64,000 nt of DNA from an uncultured Clostridia bacterium (lineage in GTDB: Bacteria; Bacillota; Clostridia; Christensenellales; UBA1242): the NCBI GenBank assembly GCA_944384395.1, contig CALWTD010000013.1:21888-85887 (forward strand). Reading direction: 5' to 3'. Positions within the stretch are counted from its first letter, which is position 1; each line of letters begins with the position of its first letter. The notes beneath the pieces are model-generated. The model ran no database searches and was not told the origin of the DNA. It saw only the letters and a list, made by a program, of their open reading frames with translations. Positions 1 to 9,890 of this stretch are shown one piece after another. Both the position numbers and the translations under genes were made by a program.

Positions 1-2
1 AA

Positions 3-230
3 CCAAATCAAAATAACATATTTGACTTTTTTCCACTAGAAGCACAGTTTTTTTACTTTATACAGCTAAATAAAATAAAAGATGAAAACTATTATAAAAA
101 TTTGATAAAAACTTGCATTGACGAAAGTTTTTCATCAAGTTATTTAAAAGAACAATACAATAAAAAGTATATATATTTTGGAGAATATGGCAAAAAGTTA
201 GAATTTTTGTTTCAAGTTGAAAAGAATTAA
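3..230 (+). CDS. 3' end of a hypothetical protein, truncated by the window start
   Basis: Frame open from position 3 (PNQNNIFDFFPLEAQ...LFQVEKN) to TAA at 228-230; translated by hand. Confidence 0.55.
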   Translation, partial: PNQNNIFDFFPLEAQFFYFIQLNKIKDENYYKNLIKTCIDESFSSSYLKEQYNKKYIYFGEYGKKLEFLFQVEKN

Positions 231-287
231 CATTTAAATCTTTGATTTATTACACGTTATTTGTTATTATATAATAACGGAGAAAAA

Positions 288-2438
288 ATGGAAATATTAA
301 GAGAATACAGTCAACTTGTAAATAAAACAAAAATTGTTTTGTCATATGATATAAGTGAAACACCAATGCTAGATAAAATGAATGACGGCGACCTTGAATA
401 CATAGCAAATCATTCAAATTTATGCGATGATATAAAACAAATTGGCGAACTTAGCGAACTTGTTTTTCAATTAAACGATTATGTTCCTGCACTTGTAAAC
501 TATACAAAAATATTTTTATACTTGCATAACTATAATGCAGTAAGAGAGTTTATTTCAAAGTTATATGTTGGACATGTTGGATACGCAAACTATCAAAGCA
601 AAAACAAACAATACAATGCAAACGAAAGATTGTTTGACAGATTTATTGAAGTTGTAAAAATTGGAAACATTGATGTTGAATTATATATGCCACTTGTTTT
701 GGGTGCAATTTTTGACGATAAACAAAGCATATATATTTGGCATGATATTGCAATGGAATATATGCAAAACTATATGCGTGAAAACGAAGATGAAATAGGC
801 GATTATATTGCAGAAAATGAAAAATATGAGCTTGAATATTTAACTTTGATACTAAACTTTAATACGCAAAAAGGTATAAGCATTTTATTTAATGATAAAA
901 CTCATGCAAAAATAAGTGAAGAAAAAGCAGAGTACTTTTTAAAAACATACATTGGCGACACACTTTCATATTTTGATAAACATTTGCCAAACGAAAAGCA
1001 AAGCAGATTTCACTACATAAAAGTTCTTGCTGGAATAAATAATAATGTTGAAGTTGAAACACGACTTGAAAACTTGTATGAAAATGAACAAGATGACGAA
1101 ATTAAAGAATTTTTAGCAAAAAGACTAAATATAACAGAAGTTCTAAATTTTGGCACAGAGCGACACTTTAAGGTTTTGGCACAAAAAAAAGTGCAAAATG
1201 TTCAGGAAAGAACACTTGGTGTTGCATTTGAAAATTTGCCACTAACGTATGTGAGTGGGGAGAGTGCAAATAATACAGAAAAAACATATTTAATTGATAT
1301 ATTTAAAGAAGAAAAAAATTTATTAAATTTAAACGGCTTAAAATCTTTATACACAATATTTAATAAAGAGAGTTTAAATTCTTTTGCAGAAAAATTATTT
1401 AATAAACTTTCAAACAAAGATGATATAAACTGCGCAAAATGGTGCGTACGAATGTTTAGTTTGTTTAGTGATGGAATATTTGAAAGGTCAATATATGAAT
1501 TTTTAAATGTCCTATACAAACTCGGCAGAAAAAAAGAGGCAAGATATTTAACACTATGTCTTTTATATAGTCAAAAACCTAGTTTTATTGAAATGTTTAA
1601 ACGATTAAAACAATATGAGTCGTTTAATGCAAATTTTGACGAATATGTTGACATATTTGCAAGCATCAATGAATTAAACAAAGAAGAAGTAAAAGATTTG
1701 TGCGTTCTTGATAACTTAACCGACGAAGAAAAAGAAAAAGAGAAAAAAAGATTGTATTTAAACTTTATATCAGGTAGAAAATATTCAAAAGAAATGTTTA
1801 AAAAAATCTTTATCTATAACAAGGTCTACAACGAATTTGCACAGCATTTAGTTTTTGGTGAATATAAGCAAAATAAACTATATTCAGTTTTTGTTGTGTC
1901 AAATAAAGAAATTGTTTATATATACGGCAATGAGACTAAAAGTGTTGATAATGAAGTATATATATCGCTTGTTCATAATCTCGATTTAGACGAAAGATTT
2001 GATAAAGTAGATTTATCATTAAATAATCCACTTTTTGTGCAAATTAATAAATCACAAATAGATCTAGACAGTTTAAATAAATCAAACATCGCTTTTTCAA
2101 ATTATCAAGGAACAATGGTAAACGGAGAAAATTTTGTTAAAAAATTATCTAAGTTTGGGTTTACACCAAATATAAATGACGGCGAAGTTCAATTTGATTG
2201 TTTGGTCTGTAAAAATGATATCTTAAATATATTGGTTGAAGTTGAATTTGAAAAACCAATTACAACAATTTCACAAGCAGCAACAATTGGCAATATAAGA
2301 TTTTATAGGCTCAATCAGTGCATGATGGACAAGCAAAAATATATCACAAACAAAGCACAAAGTTTAAATTTGTATGGAATAAATGAAAGATATTTTTATT
2401 ATGTAATTTCTTCAATTCAATCAGCGATGAAAAATTAA
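288..2438 (+). CDS. large hypothetical protein; C-terminal half resembles a degenerate DUF4132 domain
   Basis: 716-aa ORF from ATG 288 after GGAG; segments RLYLNFISGRKYS..F..IF...HLVFGEY, ISLVHNLDL and PLFVQI recall DUF4132 motifs. Confidence 0.5.
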   Translation: MEILREYSQLVNKTKIVLSYDISETPMLDKMNDGDLEYIANHSNLCDDIKQIGELSELVFQLNDYVPALVNYTKIFLYLHNYNAVREFISKLYVGHVGYANYQSKNKQYNANERLFDRFIEVVKIGNIDVELYMPLVLGAIFDDKQSIYIWHDIAMEYMQNYMRENEDEIGDYIAENEKYELEYLTLILNFNTQKGISILFNDKTHAKISEEKAEYFLKTYIGDTLSYFDKHLPNEKQSRFHYIKVLAGINNNVEVETRLENLYENEQDDEIKEFLAKRLNITEVLNFGTERHFKVLAQKKVQNVQERTLGVAFENLPLTYVSGESANNTEKTYLIDIFKEEKNLLNLNGLKSLYTIFNKESLNSFAEKLFNKLSNKDDINCAKWCVRMFSLFSDGIFERSIYEFLNVLYKLGRKKEARYLTLCLLYSQKPSFIEMFKRLKQYESFNANFDEYVDIFASINELNKEEVKDLCVLDNLTDEEKEKEKKRLYLNFISGRKYSKEMFKKIFIYNKVYNEFAQHLVFGEYKQNKLYSVFVVSNKEIVYIYGNETKSVDNEVYISLVHNLDLDERFDKVDLSLNNPLFVQINKSQIDLDSLNKSNIAFSNYQGTMVNGENFVKKLSKFGFTPNINDGEVQFDCLVCKNDILNILVEVEFEKPITTISQAATIGNIRFYRLNQCMMDKQKYITNKAQSLNLYGINERYFYYVISSIQSAMKN

Positions 2439-2518
2439 GTTTTTAATAAAAATTATTTACTCGTTCGTTTTAACTTGTAAAAAATAATATTATAATAACA
2501 GAAAAATTAGGAGACAAT

Positions 2519-3772
2519 ATGAATTTTATAAAAACACCGGTAAAGGGCATGCCAGAACACTTGCCAAACGATATGGTTTTAAGAGATTATGTGCTAAGCA
2601 CGATAAAAGAAACTTATTTTAAATTTGGTTTTTCACAAATAGAAACTCCAGTAGTAGAACATATAGAAAATTTAACAAGCAATCAAGGTGGAGAAAACGA
2701 AAAACTTATTTTTAAAATTCTAAAACGTGGCGAAAAACTAGAAAACACAAACAATTTAGATGATTTGTGCGATAGTGGACTAAGGTATGATTTAACAGTT
2801 CCTCTTTCAAGATTTTATGCCAATAATATCTCTGTGTTACCTGTTCCTTTTAAAGCATTTCAAACAGGAAGTGTTTTTAGAGCAGACAGACCACAAAAGG
2901 GTAGATATAGACAATTTACACAATGCGATATAGATATATTAGGAGATAACACAAATCTTGCAGAAATAGAACTTATAACAGCAACAACAAAAGCACTAAA
3001 TAACTTGGGAATAAATGATGTTAAAATTATTGTAAACGATAGAAATATATTAAAAGCAATGGCAAAAAGTTGCAATTTTCCAGAAGATAAATTTGACAAT
3101 ATTTTTATTATTTTAGATAAATTAGACAAAATCGGCAAAGATGGAGTTAAGTCAAGTTTAATAGAACTTGGTCTTAATGAAAATGATGTACAAAAATATT
3201 GCGAATATTTTGCAAAAGATAAAGAATACAATTCTTGTAAAGAGTTTTTTGGCGATAGTTTAAATGGTTATATTCAAGAAAACACACTAGAAAACTTGGA
3301 TCAAATAATGTCTAGTGCATCAATGCTTGTTGGTAAAGATTGTCATGTTGTTTTTGACCCAACTCTTGTTAGAGGTATGTCGTACTATACAGGGCCAATA
3401 TTTGAAATTCAACTTTCAAATTATCATCTTTCAGTTGGTGGTGGTGGAAGATACGATGAAATGATTGGAAAATTCTGTGGAACAAAGGTCTCGGCATGTG
3501 GGTTTTCAATTGGTTTTGAGCGAATAATAGAAATATTAAAAGAAAACAAATTTGATGCTCATAAAAAGGTGAATTCAACTGCAATTTTAATTGCAAAAGA
3601 TGCCGATAAAAATCAGATAAATAAAGCATTAAAAAAAGCAACTTTTCTTAGAGAAAACGGCGAAAGAGTACTTGTTTCTCCAAGAAATAAAAATGTCAAA
3701 TTTCAAAAAGATAGCCTAATTGAACTTGGATATACAGAATTTATTGATGTGTTTAATGATACAAAGCTTTAA
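2519..3772 (+). CDS. hisS: histidine--tRNA ligase
   Basis: LRYDLTVP, FRADRPQKGRYRQFTQCD, LVRGMSYYTG, GGGGRYD and GFSIGFER motifs. Confidence 0.96.
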   Translation: MNFIKTPVKGMPEHLPNDMVLRDYVLSTIKETYFKFGFSQIETPVVEHIENLTSNQGGENEKLIFKILKRGEKLENTNNLDDLCDSGLRYDLTVPLSRFYANNISVLPVPFKAFQTGSVFRADRPQKGRYRQFTQCDIDILGDNTNLAEIELITATTKALNNLGINDVKIIVNDRNILKAMAKSCNFPEDKFDNIFIILDKLDKIGKDGVKSSLIELGLNENDVQKYCEYFAKDKEYNSCKEFFGDSLNGYIQENTLENLDQIMSSASMLVGKDCHVVFDPTLVRGMSYYTGPIFEIQLSNYHLSVGGGGRYDEMIGKFCGTKVSACGFSIGFERIIEILKENKFDAHKKVNSTAILIAKDADKNQINKALKKATFLRENGERVLVSPRNKNVKFQKDSLIELGYTEFIDVFNDTKL

Positions 3773-3867
3773 ATTAAATGCAATAATTTTTAAAAATAGA
3801 CAAAATTAAAGTTTTTCTCCTATTTAAAAAATTAAGTATTTTATTTACAATTTTTAATAGGTGAAAA

Positions 3868-4173
3868 ATGAGTAATAAAGAAGAATTTGAAAGTTACTGC
3901 CAAAAGTTTATAGAGCATGCAATAAAATATACATATAAAGAAACCAATCAAATAGAAACAGAACGAAAGGCTTATGAATGTGGAATAATTAGCAAAGATA
4001 ATTTTTTAAAACTAAAAAATGCTAGGGAAAATACTATACTTTCTTTCAATAATTTAGCATATTGTTTTAAATCGTTTTGTAATAAAATAAACAAAAATCA
4101 ACCAATAGAAAATATGTATAATCTTGTAAAATCAATGGTTGAAATTTGCGAAACTAAAATATCAAAAATGTAA
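3868..4173 (+). CDS. hypothetical protein
   Basis: 101-aa ORF with AGGTGA RBS; no recognisable motif. Confidence 0.6.
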   Translation: MSNKEEFESYCQKFIEHAIKYTYKETNQIETERKAYECGIISKDNFLKLKNARENTILSFNNLAYCFKSFCNKINKNQPIENMYNLVKSMVEICETKISKM

Positions 4174-4286
4174 AATATATTCAAAATTCTAATTACAAAA
4201 TAAAGCACTTGTTGTTTATAATTGTTGCAAAAGTGCTTGTTTTGTGATATATTTTGCATGTATTATTTTTATGCAAAGGAGAATTT

Positions 4287-5711
4287 ATGGCAAACAAAAA
4301 AATTACAAAAAGAGATGTAGATTTTGCGCAGTGGTATACTGATGTTATAAATGCTGCACATCTTTCTTCATATTCAAATGTAAAAGGTTGTATAATTTTA
4401 GAGCCAAATGGCTATGCAATTTGGGAAATGATGCAAAAAACTCTCGACAAAATGTTTAAAGAAACAGGACATAAAAATGTAGCAATGCCAATGCTTATTC
4501 CAGAAAATTTATTAAAAAAGGAAGGCGAACTCGTTCAAGGTTTTGCACCAGAAGTTGCATGGGTAACAATGGGTGGAAGTAAACAACTTGAAGAAAGAAT
4601 GTGTATCCGTCCAACAAGTGAAACACTTTTTAGCGACTACTATGCAAGCATCGTAAAATCATATAGAGATTTGCCAATAAAATATAACCAATGGTGTAAT
4701 GTTATGCGTTGGGAAAAAGAAACTCGACCTTTCTTACGAAGTCGTGAATTTTGGTGGCAAGAAGGTCATACAATTCATGAAACACAAGAAGAAGCAGAAA
4801 AAGAAACAAGAGATATGCTTTCTGTTTATGAAAAGTTTTTTAGAGAATATTTAGCAATTCCAGCAATAACAGGCAAAAAGACAGAAAAAGAAAAATTTGC
4901 AGGTGCAGAATATTCACTCACAATAGAAGCACTTATGTATAACGGTGTATCATTGCAATCAGGCACAAGCCACTATTTTGGTCAAAAATTTAGTAAAGCA
5001 TACGATATAAAATTTTTAAATAGAGAAAACGGTTACAGTTATGTATATCAAACATCTTGGGGTGTTAGCAGTAGAATGATTGGTGCACTAATTATGGTAC
5101 ACAGTGATGACGATGGTCTTGTTTTACCACCAAAAATTGCACCACTTCAAGTTAGAATTATTCCAATAGGCAAAGATGACGATGTTAAAGAATATGTAAA
5201 TAAATACCTAGAAACATTAACAAATTCAGGACTTACTGTTGATGTTGATAACAGTGAACAAAGTCCGGGATATAGATTTGCCGAAGCAGAGGTACTTGGT
5301 ATCCCTGTTAGAATAGAAGTTGGACACAGAGATTTAGAAAAGGGTACAATCACAATAGTTCGCAGAGATACAAAAGAAAAAATACAGGTGTTAAAAGATT
5401 GCGACATAGTTAAAGTTGTAAAAGAAACATTAGACGCAATGCAAAAAGAAATGCTAGAAAGAGCAACATTAAGACGCGACAATATGACATATACAGCAAA
5501 AACACTTGAAGAATTTGCTAACATTATGAACACAACACCAGGTTTTATAAAAGCAGATTGGTGTGGAGATGCAGAGTGTGAGGCAAAAATAAAAGAAATA
5601 AGAGGCACAAAGTCAAGATGTATACTAGAAAATGAAAAACCACTCACAGGCAAATGCGTTGTTTGTGGCAAAGAAGCAAAACACCTTGTACTTTGGGGAA
5701 TACAATACTAA
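4287..5711 (+). CDS. proS: proline--tRNA ligase (archaeal/eukaryote-like type)
   Basis: GFAPEVAWVT, RPTSET, RWEKETRPFLRSREFWWQEGHT, QTSWGVS; ATG 4287 after AAGGAG. Confidence 0.96.
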   Translation: MANKKITKRDVDFAQWYTDVINAAHLSSYSNVKGCIILEPNGYAIWEMMQKTLDKMFKETGHKNVAMPMLIPENLLKKEGELVQGFAPEVAWVTMGGSKQLEERMCIRPTSETLFSDYYASIVKSYRDLPIKYNQWCNVMRWEKETRPFLRSREFWWQEGHTIHETQEEAEKETRDMLSVYEKFFREYLAIPAITGKKTEKEKFAGAEYSLTIEALMYNGVSLQSGTSHYFGQKFSKAYDIKFLNRENGYSYVYQTSWGVSSRMIGALIMVHSDDDGLVLPPKIAPLQVRIIPIGKDDDVKEYVNKYLETLTNSGLTVDVDNSEQSPGYRFAEAEVLGIPVRIEVGHRDLEKGTITIVRRDTKEKIQVLKDCDIVKVVKETLDAMQKEMLERATLRRDNMTYTAKTLEEFANIMNTTPGFIKADWCGDAECEAKIKEIRGTKSRCILENEKPLTGKCVVCGKEAKHLVLWGIQY

Positions 5712-5747
5712 AAAAAACTCATTGAGAATTCTCAATGAGATTTTTTT
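5711..5747. terminator. bidirectional intrinsic terminator between proS and metG
   Basis: Palindrome CTCATTGAGAATTCTCAATGAG flanked by an A-run and a T-run between convergent genes. Confidence 0.85.
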
Positions 5748-7323
5748 AACTGTTTGCAATTTCGTTTAATTCTTGTAGTTCTTTATTTATGTCAAGTCTA
5801 ATAAACAAAGGTTCGCCTTTTTCAAATGTAAGACCATCAATATCAAAATTTAAAGAGTTATTTTCATCAATTTTAACACTATCGATGTTAAATTTCTTTA
5901 AAACTTTTGTTGTGCTTTCTGGCAAAAAGGCATTGAGTAGGGTATAAGTCTCTAAAAATGCTTGAATAACATTGTATAAAATTGTGTTTACTCTATTTTT
6001 ATTGCTTTCGTCTTTAAAGAGTTCCCATGGCTTATTAGAGTCAAGATAAGTATTACATTCGTCAATCATTTTTAAAGCTGTTTTATAACTAAGTGTTGGT
6101 TTTAATTCTTTCATTTTCAAAATACAATCAGCTTTAAGTGATTTTATTGTGTCAAAAAATTTGTTGTCAACTTCACAAGTTTCTTTGCCATTTTCAATTT
6201 TGCCATTGTTATATTTTATAAGCATTCCAATTAGTCTAGACTCAATGTTTCCAACCTTGTTTGCAAGTATTCCGTTATATGAATTTAAAAAGATTTCTTG
6301 ACTATATGGACCGTCTTGACCAAAAGATATATCTCCAATCAAAAAGTTTCTAACAGAATCACTTGTATATCTTGCACTTAAAATTCTTGGGTCAATAACT
6401 TCTTTTTTGCCAACTTCTTTGCTTTTGCTTAACTTTCCGTTGTTAAATGTAAGCCAACCATGTGCAAAAATTTGCTTTGGAAGTGGCAAGTCAAGTGCTT
6501 TTAATATTGCTGGCCAAATAATTGCATGGAATCTAACAATTTCCTTTCCAACAACATGGACATCACAAGGCCAAAATTTTTTAAAGTTTTCATCATTGTC
6601 GCTTAAATATCCAAGGGCTGATAGGTAGTTAGATAATGCATCAATCCAAACATATATTGTTTGTTCTTTGTCAAATTCAACAGGAATTCCCCATTTTACT
6701 GTTTTTCTTGATACGCACAAATCTTTAAGCCCTTTGTTTAAAAAGTTGTTTAGCATCTCATTTGCGCGATTTTCTGGCATTAAAAATGTTGGGTCGTTTT
6801 TATATAAATCTCTTAAAAAGTTTTCATATTTGCTTAGTTTAAAAAAGTAAGCATCTTCGTTTGCTTCAATAACATCTCTGCCACAATCTGGACATTTGCC
6901 GTCAACCAATTGTTCGTCTGTCCAAAAAGATTCACATGGCACACAATATTTGCCAACATATTTAGATTTATATATTTCGCCTTTTTCATAAAGCATAGTA
7001 AAAATTTTAGATGCAACTTTAACGTGATAATCATCTGTTGTTCTAATAAATTTATCATATGAAATATTTAAAAGTTGCCACAAGTTTTTTGTGTCGCTAA
7101 CAATTTCGTTTAAGTATTCCATTTCACTTAAACCTTTTTCTTCGGCAATCTTTTGAATTTTTTGACCGTGTTCATCTGTTCCTGTTAAAAAGAAAACATC
7201 ATAACCAAGATTTCTATAAAATCTTGCAATGCTATCACACAAAACTGTTGTATAGCAGTTTCCAAGTGTAAGCTTGTTGCTAGGGTAGTATATAGGTGTT
7301 GTGATATAAAATTTTTTGTCCAT
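5746..7323 (-). CDS. metG: methionine--tRNA ligase (short form, no C-terminal tRNA-binding domain)
   Basis: FYITTPIYY, GTDEHG, CxxC...CxxC knuckle, YVWIDAL, KLSKS. Confidence 0.95.
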   Translation of the reverse strand: MDKKFYITTPIYYPSNKLTLGNCYTTVLCDSIARFYRNLGYDVFFLTGTDEHGQKIQKIAEEKGLSEMEYLNEIVSDTKNLWQLLNISYDKFIRTTDDYHVKVASKIFTMLYEKGEIYKSKYVGKYCVPCESFWTDEQLVDGKCPDCGRDVIEANEDAYFFKLSKYENFLRDLYKNDPTFLMPENRANEMLNNFLNKGLKDLCVSRKTVKWGIPVEFDKEQTIYVWIDALSNYLSALGYLSDNDENFKKFWPCDVHVVGKEIVRFHAIIWPAILKALDLPLPKQIFAHGWLTFNNGKLSKSKEVGKKEVIDPRILSARYTSDSVRNFLIGDISFGQDGPYSQEIFLNSYNGILANKVGNIESRLIGMLIKYNNGKIENGKETCEVDNKFFDTIKSLKADCILKMKELKPTLSYKTALKMIDECNTYLDSNKPWELFKDESNKNRVNTILYNVIQAFLETYTLLNAFLPESTTKVLKKFNIDSVKIDENNSLNFDIDGLTFEKGEPLFIRLDINKELQELNEIANS

Positions 7324-7478
7324 AAATTTCTCCTAAATAAAATACTAGTAAATTATACACCATAAAAAAAATAAACACAACAATAAAAAACATTATAAAA
7401 ATTTTGAGTTATAATATAAAAATAAAATAGAAAGGAATATAAAATGTGTTATAATGAAAACGATAAAGGAGAAAATTT

Positions 7479-7799
7479 ATGTGTTTTAAAAGAAAAAATA
7501 AGCTTGGTGGGGAAGTAAATATGATTAAAAATGAAGAAATGAAGAAAGACATTGAAAAAACATCACTGCAACTTCTTCAACCAGAAGTTGATTTTGAAGA
7601 TGTAAATAGTATCCATTTTGAATTTGGATATTTATTTCAAAATGTAAATCATGATATAGAAGCATTATTTAAAGCTGTAACTGATAAAAAAGTTATATAC
7701 TTGGCTATACAAAATAAAAAAATGATGAGATTAACAATTGAAGATGAAGAAGCTTATAACTTTTTAGTGCAAACAACTTTAAGTATGCGAAAGTTTTAA
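7479..7799 (+). CDS. hypothetical protein
   Basis: 106-aa ORF with AAGGAG RBS and an upstream TGTTATAAT -10-like element. Confidence 0.65.
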   Translation: MCFKRKNKLGGEVNMIKNEEMKKDIEKTSLQLLQPEVDFEDVNSIHFEFGYLFQNVNHDIEALFKAVTDKKVIYLAIQNKKMMRLTIEDEEAYNFLVQTTLSMRKF

Positions 7800-7918
7800 A
7801 GTTATTTATTAAAATTGATTTGTACAAAAATGGCTATATAAAAAAATATATATTTTTGCTTTGTTTTTTTAATGTTTGAAATATAAAAATCGTGCAATAG
7901 CACATTAATACTTATTTA

Positions 7919-8038
7919 AAAGTCGCGACAAAATGCTTTACTTGTAAAGCATTTTCGTTTGGTCGCGATAGAAGAAAAAAAACAAGCGCCAAGCACTACG
8001 TTTTGCCATTTATGGCAAAACTGTGCATAAGCGCAGTT
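7919..8038. repeat. double-hairpin repeat, copy 1
   Basis: AAAGTCGCGACAAAATGCTTTACTTGTAAAGCATTTTCGTTTGGTCGCGA...AACAAGCGCCAAGCACTA...GTGC....GCGCAGTT, repeated at 8122-8239. Confidence 0.92.
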
Positions 8039-8121
8039 AAATATATATTTGATATATAAAATATAAGGTCATACTATATGAAATGATTAAAATATGTATT
8101 TACATTAAAAAAACTACCTTT

Positions 8122-8239
8122 AAAGTCGCGACAAAATGCTTTACTTGTAAAGCATTTTCGTTTGGTCGCGAGAAAAGAGAAAAAACAAGCGCCAAGCACT
8201 ATATTTTGCTAAATAGCAAAATTGTGCAATAGCGCAGTT
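8122..8239. repeat. double-hairpin repeat, copy 2 (next to the tRNA-Leu 3' end)
   Basis: First ~50 nt identical to copy 1; second hairpin differs by compensatory substitutions. Confidence 0.92.
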
Positions 8240-8248
8240 TTTTCTCTA

Positions 8249-8334
8249 TGGTGCTGGTGGTGGGAGTCGAACCCACATGAAGTTGCCCTCGAGGGATTTT
8301 GAGTCCCTTGCGTCTGCCATTTCGCCACACCAGC
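8249..8334 (-). tRNA. tRNA-Leu (CAA)
   Basis: Reverse complement GCTGGTGTGGCGAAATGGCAGACGCAAGGGACTCAAAATCCCTCGAGGGCAACTTCATGTGGGTTCGACTCCCACCACCAGCACCA: anticodon CAA, long variable arm, encoded CCA. Confidence 0.97.
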
Positions 8335-8350
8335 AAATTTACACTTTGTA

Positions 8351-8379
8351 AGTGTAGCATAATGTAATTATTTTTGCAA
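8351..8379 (-). promoter_or_regulatory. sigma-A promoter of tRNA-Leu
   Basis: TTGCAA-N17-TACACT on the minus strand. Confidence 0.65.
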
Positions 8380-8408
8380 CAAGTTTTTATTATTTATTTA
8401 ATTTGAGT

Positions 8409-8437
8409 TTTGACTTTTTTTGATTGTTGTATATAAT
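8409..8437 (+). promoter_or_regulatory. mcsA operon promoter with a CtsR-box-like direct repeat
   Basis: TTTGACT-TTT-TTTGATT (8409-8425) overlaps -35 TTGACT; TATAAT at 8432-8437. Confidence 0.55.
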
Positions 8438-8453
8438 GTATGTTGAGGTTATA

Positions 8454-8897
8454 ATGATTTGTGAAAATTGCAAAGAAAGAAACGCTACTTCATATTGTCA
8501 AATAAAAATAGATGGCAAAATTGTGCAAAAATATTTATGCGCACAATGCCGTTCGGTGCTTGTTAGTAGTGATGAACTTTCGGTAAATCCACAATTTAAA
8601 ATAAAAAATCAATTTTGTCATAACTGTGGAACAACACTTAAAGATTTTATTGCATCAAGTTATCTTGGTTGTGAAAATTGTTATATTGAATTTGCCCCTG
8701 TTATTAAACAGGCTCTTTTGGGTGTGCAATTTAGTCAAACGCATAAGGGTAAAGTTCCAAATCGTTTTGCAAAAAAACAAGAGATATTAGAACTTGAAGA
8801 ATTGTTAAATAAAGCAATGGAAAATCAAGACCTTCTTCAAGTAAACAGACTTTCGGCAAGACTAAAAAACTTAAAGGGAGGTAATGATGCTAAGTAG
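8454..8897 (+). CDS. mcsA: McsA, activator of protein-arginine kinase
   Basis: Four CxxC motifs, HKGKVP, UVR-like C-terminus; upstream of mcsB-clpC. Confidence 0.9.
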   Translation: MICENCKERNATSYCQIKIDGKIVQKYLCAQCRSVLVSSDELSVNPQFKIKNQFCHNCGTTLKDFIASSYLGCENCYIEFAPVIKQALLGVQFSQTHKGKVPNRFAKKQEILELEELLNKAMENQDLLQVNRLSARLKNLKGGNDAK

Positions 8898-9888
8898 TAT
8901 TGTTATTTCTTCAAGAATAAGGCTTGCAAGAAATTTATACGATTTGCCATTTCCAAACAAACTATGTGATTTTGAAAGTGCGTTAAATGTAAGTAAGGCA
9001 ATTTTTGAAATATTGGGCGAAGATTATGAATATAGAAGATTAAAAAATCTTTCAAATAATCAATGCTTGCTACTTTTAGAAAGTCATGAAATAAGCAAAG
9101 AACTTATTGGAAACAAAGACATTGCTGGTTATGCAAAATCTCCTGATGGTCAAATAACAATTATGATAAACGAAGAAGATCACCTTAGAGAACAATGCAT
9201 AATAAAAGGCTTTGACCTTAAAAAATGTTATGAAAAAATTTCAAAAATTGATGACATGATTTTAGATAGAATTGATATTGCTTTTTCCAAAGAACTTGGC
9301 TTTTTAACGTCTTGTCCAACAAATGTTGGAACAGGCATGAGAGCATCTGTTATGCTGTTTTTGCCAGCATTAACATTAAATGGTGCAATAAATCAACTAA
9401 TTGAATCATTAAATCAAAATGGAATAACTGTTAGGGGACTTTATGGTGAAGATTCGTCATGCAGTGGATATTTTTATCAAATATCAAACAAATACACATT
9501 AGGACTAAGCGAAGAAGATATAATTGATTTGGTTGAAAAAAATGTTCAAAAAATAATAGAAATGGAAGAAACTGCAAGAAAAACATTACAAAGTGTAAAT
9601 AAAAGTGTTATAATTGACATGAGTTATAGGGCTTATGGAATACTTACAAACTCATATACAATATCAACAGAAGAAAGTTTGCAACTTCTGTCTAAATTAC
9701 GCTTTGGAGTTGTTTTGGGTTTGGTAAAATTTAAAAATCCAAACATAATTGACGAACTCTACACAAGTATAGAACCAGCACACTTAATGGACTATTATTC
9801 ACTTGAACTTAGTCCAAAAGAGCAAGATATATTTCGTGCAAAGTATATATATGAAAATTTAGAGAATAAACTAATTAAAGGAGTATAG
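8884..9888 (+). CDS. mcsB: protein-arginine kinase McsB
   Basis: ISSRIRLARN, NEEDHLR, LTSCPTNVGTGMRAS. Confidence 0.94.
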   Translation: MMLSSIVISSRIRLARNLYDLPFPNKLCDFESALNVSKAIFEILGEDYEYRRLKNLSNNQCLLLLESHEISKELIGNKDIAGYAKSPDGQITIMINEEDHLREQCIIKGFDLKKCYEKISKIDDMILDRIDIAFSKELGFLTSCPTNVGTGMRASVMLFLPALTLNGAINQLIESLNQNGITVRGLYGEDSSCSGYFYQISNKYTLGLSEEDIIDLVEKNVQKIIEMEETARKTLQSVNKSVIIDMSYRAYGILTNSYTISTEESLQLLSKLRFGVVLGLVKFKNPNIIDELYTSIEPAHLMDYYSLELSPKEQDIFRAKYIYENLENKLIKGV

Positions 9889-9890
9889 TT

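Noticed and set aside
7919-8239. CRISPR array or integron interpretation of the repeats
   Set aside because: Units are ~120 bp with only two full copies; no cas or intI gene; the GTTRRRY core appears only after copy 1
8249-8275. Integrated element with an att duplication of the tRNA 3' end
   Set aside because: No second copy of the tRNA 3' sequence and no integrase was seen in the window
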